A stretch of DNA of 64,000 nucleotides from Lewinellaceae bacterium (GTDB lineage: Bacteria; Bacteroidota; Bacteroidia; Chitinophagales; Saprospiraceae): the NCBI GenBank assembly GCA_947476195.1, contig CANJPT010000008.1, forward strand, positions 1,084 through 65,083, read 5' to 3'. This document shows, in pieces, positions 55,454 to 64,000 of this stretch (position 1 is the stretch's first letter; the number at the start of each line of letters is the position of its first letter). The notes beneath the pieces are model-generated. The model saw only the letters and a program-made list of their open reading frames with translations, did not search any database and was not told where the DNA came from. Position numbers and translations under genes: made by a program.

Positions 55454-58030
55454 ATGAGAAAAATACTCACTTTACTATTTTTGTGCGTTTCAATCTTATC
55501 CCTCAAAGCACAAAAATCAGTCCTATTCAATCCGGCAGATCTTCGACTTGAATGGGAATTAATTCAAAATCAATATCAGGGAAAAAGCCTCTCTTTAACC
55601 AAACTTCGTTTGTCAAATGAAGGGAAAAAAGCAATTCCGAATAGTGGATGGGCGTTATATTTCAATTTTGTCCGACCAGTAGTTACTGAATATAGCCGCC
55701 CTTTTGGTCTGGAAGCCGAACCCCTGGGCGGTGATTGGTTTCGATTCAAGCTACTTCCATCGTTTCCAGGAATACCGGGCGGTGGAAAATACGAGGTGGA
55801 TCTGGTGGCAGACCTTTGGCTCTTGAATAAAACAGATGTCCCGACTGGTTTTTATGTGGTTTTCGACGCTGATCCGGAAAAGGGTTATGCGCTGCCCCCA
55901 ACCAAACTCCAGCCACCCGCGCACCCAGAGCGTTTGGCTACAGGCCCGGAAGATAAGGCACCTGCAATGACCCCCAATCTGATTTTTCACCAAAATGAGG
56001 CCACCCATCTTATACCTACTGATTCGCTAAGGCCCATCTTTCCCACTCCAGCCCAGTTTGAATACCGGAAAGGCACTTATTTGCTAAAATCCAGCGTGGG
56101 GATCTACGCAGACCCTGCATTCAAACAAGAGGCCGAATGGCTGGCCAATACCTTACCTCCTTTATTTGGCAAAACAGGAAAAAGCGAAGTCATGGTTGGT
56201 TCTGCCCGCAACCCGGGAATTTCGCTTGAATTGTCCCCCACCCCACTTCCTACAGAAGGCTACCTCCTTGAAATTTCGGAGGAAGCTGGTATTGTCATTC
56301 AAGCCTCATCTGCTGCCGGTATTTTTTATGGCATGCAGTCCTTAATGACCTTATTGCCGCCAGAACTTTGGCAAAAACCAGCATCCGGCATTAAACTTCC
56401 CTGCCTCTATGTGCGGGATGAACCTCGGTTTCCTTACAGGGGATTGCATGTTGATGTGGCGCGCAATTTTCAGCCGGCTAAGGAGATCCTTAAGTTATTG
56501 GATGCCATGGCCTTGTATAAAATGAATAAGTTACATTTTCATTTTAGCGATGACGAGGGTTGGAGGATAGAGATACCAGGCCTTCCTGAATTGACAGAAG
56601 TAGGTTCCAGAAGAGGCCACAGCACTTCTGAGACCAATTTCTTACATCCAGCGCTGGGTTCTGGTCCAGATGTGGATGTCTCATGGGGCTCCGGGCATTA
56701 TTCCCGAAGCGAATTTATCCAGATCCTCGCCTACGCAAACGAGCGGCATATAGCAGTTATTCCCGAAATTGAACTTCCGGGGCACGCACGTGCTGCCGTA
56801 AAGGCCATGCAGGCCAGACGTCAACGGCTGCTTAGAGAAGGCGAACCGGAGGCTGCTGAAAAGTACAATTTGTATGACCAGGCGGATCGTTCTGAATACA
56901 TGTCAGTTCAATCTTACAACGACAATGTGGTATGCGTAGGGCTGAACTCCACCTATACTTTTATTGAAAAGGTATTGGATGAACTACTGAAAATGTATCA
57001 GGAGGCTGGTGCGCCTATTAGCACGGTACACCTCGGAGGAGATGAGGTACCTACGGGTGTCTGGGAGAAGTCTCCGGCATGTCAAAAGGTTATAAAAGCA
57101 GCGGGACTCCGCAACGAATCTGACCTATGGTATTATTTCTGGGGAAAAATGCGTGATATGGTTCAAAAACGTGGGTTGGCCTTATCCGGATGGGAAGAGG
57201 TCGCAATGCGTAAAACACAGTTAGATGGTCATCCGCACAATATTCCCAATCCTGATTTTGCAGACGATGGTTTTCAGATGTATGTATGGAACAATGTATT
57301 GGGTTGGGGTGCTGAAGATCTGGCCTACCAACTGGCGAATGCTGGATACAAGGTAGTTTTAGGACCTGTGAGCAATATGTATTTCGATATGGCCTATCAG
57401 AAAGATTTTGAGGAGCCTGGCTACTATTGGGGAGCCTATACCGATGTGGACAAAACATTTGGATTTGCGCCCTTTGATTATTATAAAACCGCAAAAACAG
57501 ACCGATTCGGCAATCCAGTGGATCAGGCGATCTTCATTGGAAAAAGCAGGCTGACTGACTACGGAAAGGCTAATATTATGGGGCTGGAAGGTTTTATTTG
57601 GTCAGAAACACTTCGGGGACCAGCTACCTTGGAATACATGGTTTTCCCCAAGCTTCTTGGATTGGCAGAAAGGGCTTGGGCGCCTGTTCCAGCCTGGGAA
57701 ACTATGCCAGACGGCCCGTTATTTGAGAAAAAATACGCAACAGATTGGTCCGTTTTTGCCAATCAACTCGGCAAACGCGAATTGCCCCGACTGGACTTTT
57801 ATTCCGGAGGATTTCAATACAGGATTCCAACGCCTGGTGGTGAAATTCGAGAAGGATGGCTACACGCAAACATTCAATTACCGGGATTTATAATTCGTTA
57901 TACTACGGATGGGACAGAACCTAGTGAGCGCAGTTCGGAGTATTTAGGCCCTGTTCCGGTGCGTTCTATGGTTAAGATCCGGGCTTTTGATCGTAGGGGA
58001 AAAGGGGGAAGGAGTGTTGGCTTGGAATAA
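55454..58030 (+). CDS. GH20 beta-N-acetylhexosaminidase (secreted, with N- and C-terminal accessory domains)
   Basis: RGLHVDVARNF, HFHFSDDEGWR, the PE.E.PGH catalytic region and HLGGDEV. Confidence 0.9.
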   Translation: MRKILTLLFLCVSILSLKAQKSVLFNPADLRLEWELIQNQYQGKSLSLTKLRLSNEGKKAIPNSGWALYFNFVRPVVTEYSRPFGLEAEPLGGDWFRFKLLPSFPGIPGGGKYEVDLVADLWLLNKTDVPTGFYVVFDADPEKGYALPPTKLQPPAHPERLATGPEDKAPAMTPNLIFHQNEATHLIPTDSLRPIFPTPAQFEYRKGTYLLKSSVGIYADPAFKQEAEWLANTLPPLFGKTGKSEVMVGSARNPGISLELSPTPLPTEGYLLEISEEAGIVIQASSAAGIFYGMQSLMTLLPPELWQKPASGIKLPCLYVRDEPRFPYRGLHVDVARNFQPAKEILKLLDAMALYKMNKLHFHFSDDEGWRIEIPGLPELTEVGSRRGHSTSETNFLHPALGSGPDVDVSWGSGHYSRSEFIQILAYANERHIAVIPEIELPGHARAAVKAMQARRQRLLREGEPEAAEKYNLYDQADRSEYMSVQSYNDNVVCVGLNSTYTFIEKVLDELLKMYQEAGAPISTVHLGGDEVPTGVWEKSPACQKVIKAAGLRNESDLWYYFWGKMRDMVQKRGLALSGWEEVAMRKTQLDGHPHNIPNPDFADDGFQMYVWNNVLGWGAEDLAYQLANAGYKVVLGPVSNMYFDMAYQKDFEEPGYYWGAYTDVDKTFGFAPFDYYKTAKTDRFGNPVDQAIFIGKSRLTDYGKANIMGLEGFIWSETLRGPATLEYMVFPKLLGLAERAWAPVPAWETMPDGPLFEKKYATDWSVFANQLGKRELPRLDFYSGGFQYRIPTPGGEIREGWLHANIQLPGFIIRYTTDGTEPSERSSEYLGPVPVRSMVKIRAFDRRGKGGRSVGLE

Positions 58031-58040
58031 TGCGCGATGA

Positions 58041-58084
58041 TATTGCGGTGCTTGCGTTGATACCTCCGCGTAAGCACCGCAATA
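58041..58084. terminator. Hairpin between convergent GH20 and anmK genes
   Basis: TATTGCGGTGCTTGCG / CGTAAGCACCGCAATA (one mismatch) with a 12-nt loop. No clear U-tract. Confidence 0.35.
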
Positions 58085-58139
58085 AAAAATATCTACAACC
58101 GATCCAATAACCGCGAATGCCTGTTTCAGGACGAGCACG

Positions 58140-59351
58140 CTACCCTGGAAACGAAATCTTTCCCATCCCAACCATCGGAATCCCGCCCAATGACTCCCCC
58201 TCTCCTACCCTTCCAGCCACCGTTTCATTGGCTAAGACGGCAAACAAGACGGCTTCTTTAGCATCCCCGTCAATGCCCAGTTTTTTCATCTGCTCAATTT
58301 TGAATCCAGGTAATTTTTCTTTTAAAAATTTAACAATCAATGGATTATGTGCCCCTCCGCCACTTAGGTAGAGTGATTTTCGAGGTGACACCTCCTCTTT
58401 CTCCAGAGGTGTCACCTCGAAAATCGCTTCTGCTATGGAATCTGCCGTAAGCTTTGTCAGCGTAGCCATCACATCATAAGGATTTGGATTTCCCTTAGGT
58501 AATTGGTCAATGGCTGCTTTGACCCATTCGAGTGAGAACAATTCTGGCCCGATCGTTTTCGGTAGCGGCTTTGCAAAAAACGGATCAGATTTCAGTATTT
58601 CAAGTAAGCGCTCGTCCACGCATCCATTGGAGGCAAGGCGGGCGCCTTCATCAAAGGGAACGCCAAAAAATGCGCGGGCAAATGTATCGAGCAGGGTGTT
58701 TCCCGGGCCCGTATCAGTGGCAAATGCTTTTGCAGGATCCTGATCAGCAGGTAAATAGGTAAAATTAGCAATGCCCCCAATGTTGAGCAGGTACCGTTCT
58801 TCGTCCTTTTTGGAGAATAAGAAATAATCGCCATAGAGTGCCAATGGTGCGCCTTCTCCGCCAGCAGCAATGTGTTTTTGCCTAAAATCTGAGACGGTAA
58901 TGATACCCGTCCTGACCGCAAGATGGTCACCATCTCCGATCTGAAGGGTTGCGTTGGGATAATTGGGCAATCCGTGAAATATCCGTGGAGCATGAAAGAC
59001 GGTCTGACCGTGCGAGGCGATCAAATCCACCTCCTCTGATTTAATTTTCCACTTTGCAAGACATTGGTTCACCAAAGCGCCGTGTTGTTCCGCAATCACC
59101 TCATTAAGCAGTACAAGATGTTGAAAATCTATTTCTTTCTTAGCAAAAACCCGGCGAATTTCAGCTTTAAATTCCGCTTCATAGTGCAAGGTCTCAAACT
59201 GCAAAACCGTTACCTGTGTCTCTCGTCCAGATCCAGTGCAGGCGCACAAAGCCACATCCAGCCCATCCAGTGAGGTGCCAGACATTAAGCCAATGATATG
59301 CCTGGTACGCTTTTGCGCTATCGCATTCAATTGAATTACATGGTATATCAT
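58140..59351 (-). CDS. anmK: Anhydro-N-acetylmuramic acid kinase
   Basis: IIGLMSGTSLDGLDVAL N-terminal motif, 403 aa, ...LNIGGIAN... and GGGA.N motifs. Confidence 0.9.
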   Translation of the reverse strand: MIYHVIQLNAIAQKRTRHIIGLMSGTSLDGLDVALCACTGSGRETQVTVLQFETLHYEAEFKAEIRRVFAKKEIDFQHLVLLNEVIAEQHGALVNQCLAKWKIKSEEVDLIASHGQTVFHAPRIFHGLPNYPNATLQIGDGDHLAVRTGIITVSDFRQKHIAAGGEGAPLALYGDYFLFSKKDEERYLLNIGGIANFTYLPADQDPAKAFATDTGPGNTLLDTFARAFFGVPFDEGARLASNGCVDERLLEILKSDPFFAKPLPKTIGPELFSLEWVKAAIDQLPKGNPNPYDVMATLTKLTADSIAEAIFEVTPLEKEEVSPRKSLYLSGGGAHNPLIVKFLKEKLPGFKIEQMKKLGIDGDAKEAVLFAVLANETVAGRVGEGESLGGIPMVGMGKISFPG

Positions 59352-59535
59352 AGTAGGGGCAAATTTCCTATTGTTACTGGAATTGTTGCTTTTTATTTGT
59401 TTTGTTTTTTGACTTTGTCTTAGAAAGGAAGGAAAAGGCGCATTGATGGATATACTTTTGCTGTGCCCGTTTTTTTGATTTCATGCAAGGCGTTCCATCA
59501 CCACTTCGTAAAAACGCCTATATTCTCAACAATAA

Positions 59536-60507
59536 ATGGCAAACGCTCGCTTATCGGCCATTGGAATGGCTATACCCGAAAAAATCATTACGAACGCTTT
59601 TTTTGAGAACCTGATAGAGACCACCGATGAGTGGATTGTATCCCGCACTGGCATAAAAACACGCTACCATGCCGGACCAACCGAGTTCACCAGCGACTTG
59701 TGCGTCAAAGCCGTAGAAGATCTCGTGGCGCAATATCCTCATGTTTCGTTAAATGAGGTGGATATGATTCTGGTGGCCACCACCTCTCCAGACCAGCCGA
59801 TGCCAAGTATGGCTTGCAGAGTGCAACACCGGCTTTCCATGTCGCGTGCTGGAGCACTGGATATTTATGCCGCCTGCGCCGGGTTTTCCTACGGGGTAGT
59901 CATGGCTAAAGGGCTGATTGCTGGTGGAATTCACAAAAAAGTACTTGTCCTTGGCGCTGAAACGCTCTCAAAAATCACTGATTTTACAGATCGTTCGTCT
60001 TGTATGCTTTTTGGCGACGCTGCTGCTGCTGTCTTGATTGAAGCAGATGAAACTGGTGGTATTGGTGTAGGTATCACTGGCGCAAGTGGAGAAGGCGGTC
60101 CGGATCTGTACCTTTCTGGTTTTGCTGAAAGTATTGACGGTCATCCTGTTACCATGAACAGATGTATTGTTCAAAATGGCAGAAAAGTGTTTAAATGGGC
60201 CGTAAATAAGGTATCCGAACAGATACCGATCCTCGCAGCCGCCAATGGACTGAGCCTGGATGACATAGACTGGTTTATTCCGCATAGTGCAAATCTGCGC
60301 ATTATTGAAGCTATTTGTAAGGAGACTGGTTTCCCGATTGAAAAAATACTGGAGAGTATTGTAGACTACGGCAACACCTCTTCTGCCAGCATTCCTATCG
60401 CGCTGTATAATGGCATTAAATCCGGGCGGGTAAAGCGTGGTGATAAAATTATGATTTTTGGGTTTGGGGGTGGCCTGGCATATGCCGGAATGATATTCAC
60501 TTGGTAA
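59536..60507 (+). CDS. fabH: 3-oxoacyl-ACP synthase III
   Basis: TSDEWI..RTGI, ACAGF (active Cys), PHSAN and GNTSSASIP motifs. Confidence 0.95.
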   Translation: MANARLSAIGMAIPEKIITNAFFENLIETTDEWIVSRTGIKTRYHAGPTEFTSDLCVKAVEDLVAQYPHVSLNEVDMILVATTSPDQPMPSMACRVQHRLSMSRAGALDIYAACAGFSYGVVMAKGLIAGGIHKKVLVLGAETLSKITDFTDRSSCMLFGDAAAAVLIEADETGGIGVGITGASGEGGPDLYLSGFAESIDGHPVTMNRCIVQNGRKVFKWAVNKVSEQIPILAAANGLSLDDIDWFIPHSANLRIIEAICKETGFPIEKILESIVDYGNTSSASIPIALYNGIKSGRVKRGDKIMIFGFGGGLAYAGMIFTW

Positions 60508-60544
60508 TTTGACGTAACTTTGCCTGTCAAACACAGATGCGCAA

Positions 60545-62104
60545 ATGCAAGGAAGCCAATCTTTTATACCCCATAACAGCAGCCTCACGGAAGAGGAGGT
60601 TAAGCGGCGGTTTATGCCTTTTCTGCGGGATTTCTATAAAAATCGATATGAACCGGTTTCCAATTCCTTGTATGAGGCGCTTGATAACGTTAGTAAAGAA
60701 GGCTGGGTGGCAGATGGGAAACTGAGCTTCCGGAAAGCTGATGGCTCCTCATTTGTCTGCACTTATGAAGCCACTTCCCGTGATAAAGTAGAGGAGGTAA
60801 AATATCAGCTTAACTTTCATTATTTCCTTTGGGACAGTACTGCTTTTGGTGTTATCTGTGCCGCTTTCGCCTATGTATATTGGTTTCAATCTAACTTCTT
60901 TTGGCTGGTTGAATTAAAAAAAGTGGGTAATATTGGTCTGTTGCTGGGCACTGGTATCATCGGTTTTTTTTGTTGGTATTTTGTGATGCAAGGCTGGCGA
61001 AAGTACCGCTATATCTTTGCAATTCAACAGTTTAAGCAATATTTTGCAGATGAGCAATGGGTCGCAATAGCAGAAGATGTTTTCCCTGCACCCAATGATC
61101 CGTACATGCTCGAACTTAGAAACCAATGTGTATATAACGGAATTGGCCTGGCCATTGTCCCACACGAGGGACTGGTGCGCAAGGTGGTAGACCCATCGCG
61201 GCTGGGTATTTTTGGTAAAGACCGCAAAATGACCGAATGGGTGACCCGTGCTGAATGGTATCAATCCTTCAGTCAGAATGTAGGCGGTATGGTAGCAAAG
61301 CGACCTAAAACACCCGATGGAATAACGATTCTTTGGAATAAAATCTTTCGCAGCATCCAATATCTGATTATTGACCCGTTCAAGAAAAATATCTGGAGCA
61401 GGCTGTACAAGCCTGTCGGTCAAACATCATCGACCTATTCCCGCTTTATGAGCGCCCAAATGGCACAAAAATGGGTCACTTTTCTGGCGTTCATCGTAAT
61501 TTCATCGCTTTTTTGGCGTGTAGCTACCTTCCGTGAAGAAAAAGTTTTAGATTTAGAAGAATTGGAACTTCGCCCAAATGGTGTAAATCCGGAAGATCAG
61601 GTTGGTTATCTGGTGGAAGGCGAACTTGTTCCGGCGGATGGCAAACCAACAGGTGTGCCAAAGCAATTCCCAATTGCTAAAAATAAGCCACTCAAAAACG
61701 AAGATAATACCATTGATCTTTCAGGGGACGATATGGAGGTGGATAACCGGATCAATCAGGATAGGTCCAGACCAAAGCCCGCTAAAAAAGCAATCAAACC
61801 TGTTATAAATACTCCGGATCCCTGTACCCTATTGAAAACCAAACGAGGCTGGTTTATTCAAGACAATTCGTATAGTGACAAAGCATTGGCTTCTAACCGT
61901 GCTAAGGCTCTGCAAGATCGGGGTATTTCTTGTCAATTGGCTTCCCAAAAATGCATATCAGAGGATAGAGGAGGATGGCTGGTTTGGTTGGGGAATCTCT
62001 ACCCTACAGAGGCTGCAGCTAAAACGGCTGCTGATAATTATGCGAAAGCGTATCTGCGCTATGACTTAAAAAATGGAAAGTTTTTAGTGCGGAAACTGCG
62101 ATGA
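60545..62104 (+). CDS. Hypothetical membrane protein with C-terminal SPOR-like domain
   Basis: Two to three TM helices (about aa 95-155 and 315-335) and a low-complexity basic linker. The last roughly 90 aa (GWFIQDNSYSDKALA..RAKALQDRG......GGWLVWLGNLY.TEAAAKTAA) resemble a SPOR repeat pair. Confidence 0.4.
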   Translation: MQGSQSFIPHNSSLTEEEVKRRFMPFLRDFYKNRYEPVSNSLYEALDNVSKEGWVADGKLSFRKADGSSFVCTYEATSRDKVEEVKYQLNFHYFLWDSTAFGVICAAFAYVYWFQSNFFWLVELKKVGNIGLLLGTGIIGFFCWYFVMQGWRKYRYIFAIQQFKQYFADEQWVAIAEDVFPAPNDPYMLELRNQCVYNGIGLAIVPHEGLVRKVVDPSRLGIFGKDRKMTEWVTRAEWYQSFSQNVGGMVAKRPKTPDGITILWNKIFRSIQYLIIDPFKKNIWSRLYKPVGQTSSTYSRFMSAQMAQKWVTFLAFIVISSLFWRVATFREEKVLDLEELELRPNGVNPEDQVGYLVEGELVPADGKPTGVPKQFPIAKNKPLKNEDNTIDLSGDDMEVDNRINQDRSRPKPAKKAIKPVINTPDPCTLLKTKRGWFIQDNSYSDKALASNRAKALQDRGISCQLASQKCISEDRGGWLVWLGNLYPTEAAAKTAADNYAKAYLRYDLKNGKFLVRKLR

Positions 62105-62138
62105 TTAACACAGTGAAGGTTTATCGAAAAAAATTGAA

Positions 62139-62939
62139 GTGAAAAAAAACAACTCGCAGGACTCACTGCTTTGGAAAATTGAATCTCCTGGCAGCGGACA
62201 AGTTTCCTATCTCTTTGGCACGATGCATGTTCGTGACCTTCGGGCTTTTGGATGGTTGGATCTCGCTTTGCCGCATCTGGCGGAATGTGACGTTTTTGCA
62301 ACAGAATTTGATTTTTCCGAAACCGATGCCGAGGCCCTTGCAATAGCGCTCGAATTGCCGGAAGGCAAAGACCTGCAACAATGGCTGAGTCCACAGGCCT
62401 GGAAAAACCTGGACCGGTATGCACATAAAAAATTTGGCTCCAGCGCTGAAGCATTCCGGCATCAACATCCAATGACGGTAAGCACAGCCTTGTCAATGGC
62501 TTTCTTGTTAGAAGAATCGGCACATTCGCTGGATGAAACGCTTTGGAAATATGCCCGTTCTATGGGCAAATCAACTACAGGCGTGGAAACTTTTGCAGAC
62601 CAACTTGATACCCTGCGCCAAATCCCTTTTGAACAACATTTAAAAGGGCTAACCTGGCTGCTCAAAAATTACAATCGACACAAAATACGTTTATATAAGA
62701 TGATGCAACGGTATGCTGATGGCGAAATTCAAGCACTTTACCAGGCAGCTAAAAAAGACGCGAAAGGGATGCGAAAAATCCTGCTTTATCGCCGCAATAA
62801 ATTGATGTCCATACGTTTTGCCCAAATTGCTTCCAGCCAATCCTTGTTTTGTGCTGTGGGTGCAGGACATTTGGCAGGCGGCAAAGGAATGCTTCGACTC
62901 CTAAAAAAGGCAGGGTTTAAAGTGGCCAGTGTTAAGTGA
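62139..62939 (+). CDS. TraB/GumN family protein
   Basis: LLWKIE.....SYLFGTMHV N-terminal signature and C-terminal VGAGHL.G..G. Confidence 0.8.
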   Translation: MKKNNSQDSLLWKIESPGSGQVSYLFGTMHVRDLRAFGWLDLALPHLAECDVFATEFDFSETDAEALAIALELPEGKDLQQWLSPQAWKNLDRYAHKKFGSSAEAFRHQHPMTVSTALSMAFLLEESAHSLDETLWKYARSMGKSTTGVETFADQLDTLRQIPFEQHLKGLTWLLKNYNRHKIRLYKMMQRYADGEIQALYQAAKKDAKGMRKILLYRRNKLMSIRFAQIASSQSLFCAVGAGHLAGGKGMLRLLKKAGFKVASVK

Positions 62940-62982
62940 TTCGCGTTTACCCCACTTAACTCTATTCACTAAACACTTAAAA

Positions 62983-63621
62983 ATGCTTCTTTTAGAGACC
63001 CAATATCTCCCGTCCATTGCCTGGTGCTCAGCAATCTGGCATGAAGCGACGGTAGCCCTTGATGCCGCAGAGCATTACCAAAAAGGTTCCTTGCGCAACC
63101 GCTGTCATGTCGCAGGTCCCAATTTCCCTCAGCGCATGAGCATTCCACTGGCAAAGGGAAAGCATCAGCAAACACCTATCCGTGAGGTCCGTATTTCCTA
63201 TGAAGAACCCTGGCAACGCCAACATTGGCGAACGATACAGGCAGCCTACGGCAATGCACCCTTTTTCGAGCATTACGCAGACGATTTCCGCCCGTTTTAC
63301 GAAAAGCAATGGTCCTTTTTGTTTGATTATAATTTTGATTTTCAGACACTTATCCTGAAAAAGAAATTGGGTTGGACCGGTGAGTTTCTATTCCAATCAG
63401 ATTATTTCCCGGTTGGAGAATGGACACATGGACCTGATCTACGCAATAAGATCGGAGGCGGAATCGGGGACATTCCTGCCTGGTTTAACCCGGTACGCTA
63501 CCCCCAGGTATTTGAAGCCCGGTCTGGCTTCTTACCGAATTTATCTGTGTTAGATTTGCTTTTTTGTGCCGGAAAGAATGGAAGAGAAGTTTTAATGCAG
63601 CCTTTCTTTTTGCCAAATTAA
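62983..63621 (+). CDS. WbqC family protein
   Basis: MLLLETQYLPSIAW......H....LDA.EHYQK.S.RNRC.......... ...SIPL is the WbqC opening. ATG 62983 is preferred over the track start 62929, which overlaps the TraB gene. Confidence 0.8.
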   Translation: MLLLETQYLPSIAWCSAIWHEATVALDAAEHYQKGSLRNRCHVAGPNFPQRMSIPLAKGKHQQTPIREVRISYEEPWQRQHWRTIQAAYGNAPFFEHYADDFRPFYEKQWSFLFDYNFDFQTLILKKKLGWTGEFLFQSDYFPVGEWTHGPDLRNKIGGGIGDIPAWFNPVRYPQVFEARSGFLPNLSVLDLLFCAGKNGREVLMQPFFLPN

Positions 63622-63747
63622 ACCTACATTTGCAACCCCAAAAGCAGGGGGTAGCAGAATCATGTTTTGCATTCCTACTTTTTCATTTTGCGGCACACAA
63701 TCATTCACTTTTGATAGGCGAAATAAATTTCGCCCCACCCTTTTCCC

Positions 63748-64000
63748 ATGGCACTTCAATGCGGCATAGTCGGCCTGCCCAACGTCGGCAAATCCACCCT
63801 ATTCAATGCGCTCACCAACGGCAAAGCCTTGGCAGCCAACTATCCTTTCGCGACCAAAGACCCCAACGTGGGCATCATCATTGTACCAGATGCAAGGCTC
63901 GATAAACTAACTGAGATCGTAGAACCACAAAAGACCCAGCCGACCACTGTTGAGATTGTGGACATCGCTGGTTTGATCAAAGGCGCTAGTAAAGGGGAAG
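63748..64000 (+). CDS. ychF: Ribosome-binding ATPase YchF (5' part, runs off right edge)
   Basis: Manual translation from ATG 63748 gives [23 protein letters not shown]...[22 protein letters not shown]......[17 protein letters not shown]. Not in the ORF track because there is no stop in the window. Confidence 0.9.
   Translation, partial: MALQCGIVGLPNVGKSTLFNALTNGKALAANYPFATKDPNVGIIIVPDARLDKLTEIVEPQKTQPTTVEIVDIAGLIKGASKGE

Noticed and set aside
63717-63734. GGCGAAAT-AA-ATTTCGCC palindrome 14 nt upstream of ychF.
   Set aside because: It is a single short palindrome with a 2-nt spacer, which is too tight for an RNA hairpin. There is no second copy in the window and no basis to assign a function.
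1-64000. Search for defence systems, prophage, conjugative or integrative elements, toxin-antitoxin pairs, CRISPR-Cas, reverse transcriptases and biosynthetic clusters.
   Set aside because: None of the ORFs of 60 aa or more shows integrase, transposase, Cas, RT, restriction-modification, ATPase-nuclease defence, capsid/terminase, PKS/NRPS or RiPP signatures that I can recognise. The only toxin-like sequence is the degraded Fic fragment.

Overview
This 64-kb window looks like a chromosomal segment of a Bacteroidota-type genome. That is an inference from a T9SS C-terminal sorting domain, many lipoprotein and Sec signal peptides, PSCyt/DUF1549/DUF1553/DUF1501 genes and mid-40s % GC judged by eye. 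I support about 50 protein-coding genes, one tRNA-Arg(CCG) hidden inside a track ORF, one Fic-family pseudogene and several hairpin terminators. Most genes are housekeeping: gcvP, smc, folD, kup, ribH, fabH, kdsB, kdsC, anmK, fdx-iscX, ychF (partial), a two-subunit NAD-type formate dehydrogenase, GH13 and GH20 hydrolases, PBP4, NlpC/P60, two PlsC-type acyltransferases and several transporters. I found no integrase, transposase, CRISPR array, phage genes, recognisable defence system or biosynthetic cluster. The unexplained structure falls into three groups. (1) There are four short palindromic repeat families. One is a 160-bp MITE-like element in two near-identical copies. One is an 18-nt unit (TAATGTGGTCAATGTG) present as a tandem array and as a 33-bp-arm palindrome. 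One is a REP-like hairpin at two convergent gene ends. One is a 120-bp perfect-armed palindrome inserted in frame into a signal-peptide coding region. (2) A tightly packed five-gene minus-strand operon (42.5-50.5 kb) encodes exported heme-c (CxxCH), DUF1501, NHL-propeller and duplicated CHB_HEX_C/discoidin-like proteins of unknown function. This is the best candidate for an uncharacterised system. (3) A small AT-rich accessory islet at 0.2-2.3 kb holds DoxX, an MIase-like protein, HxlR, a MITE copy and a Fic remnant, with 15-bp perfect direct repeats bracketing the DoxX gene. All family assignments come from motif recognition by eye, because no searches could be run.
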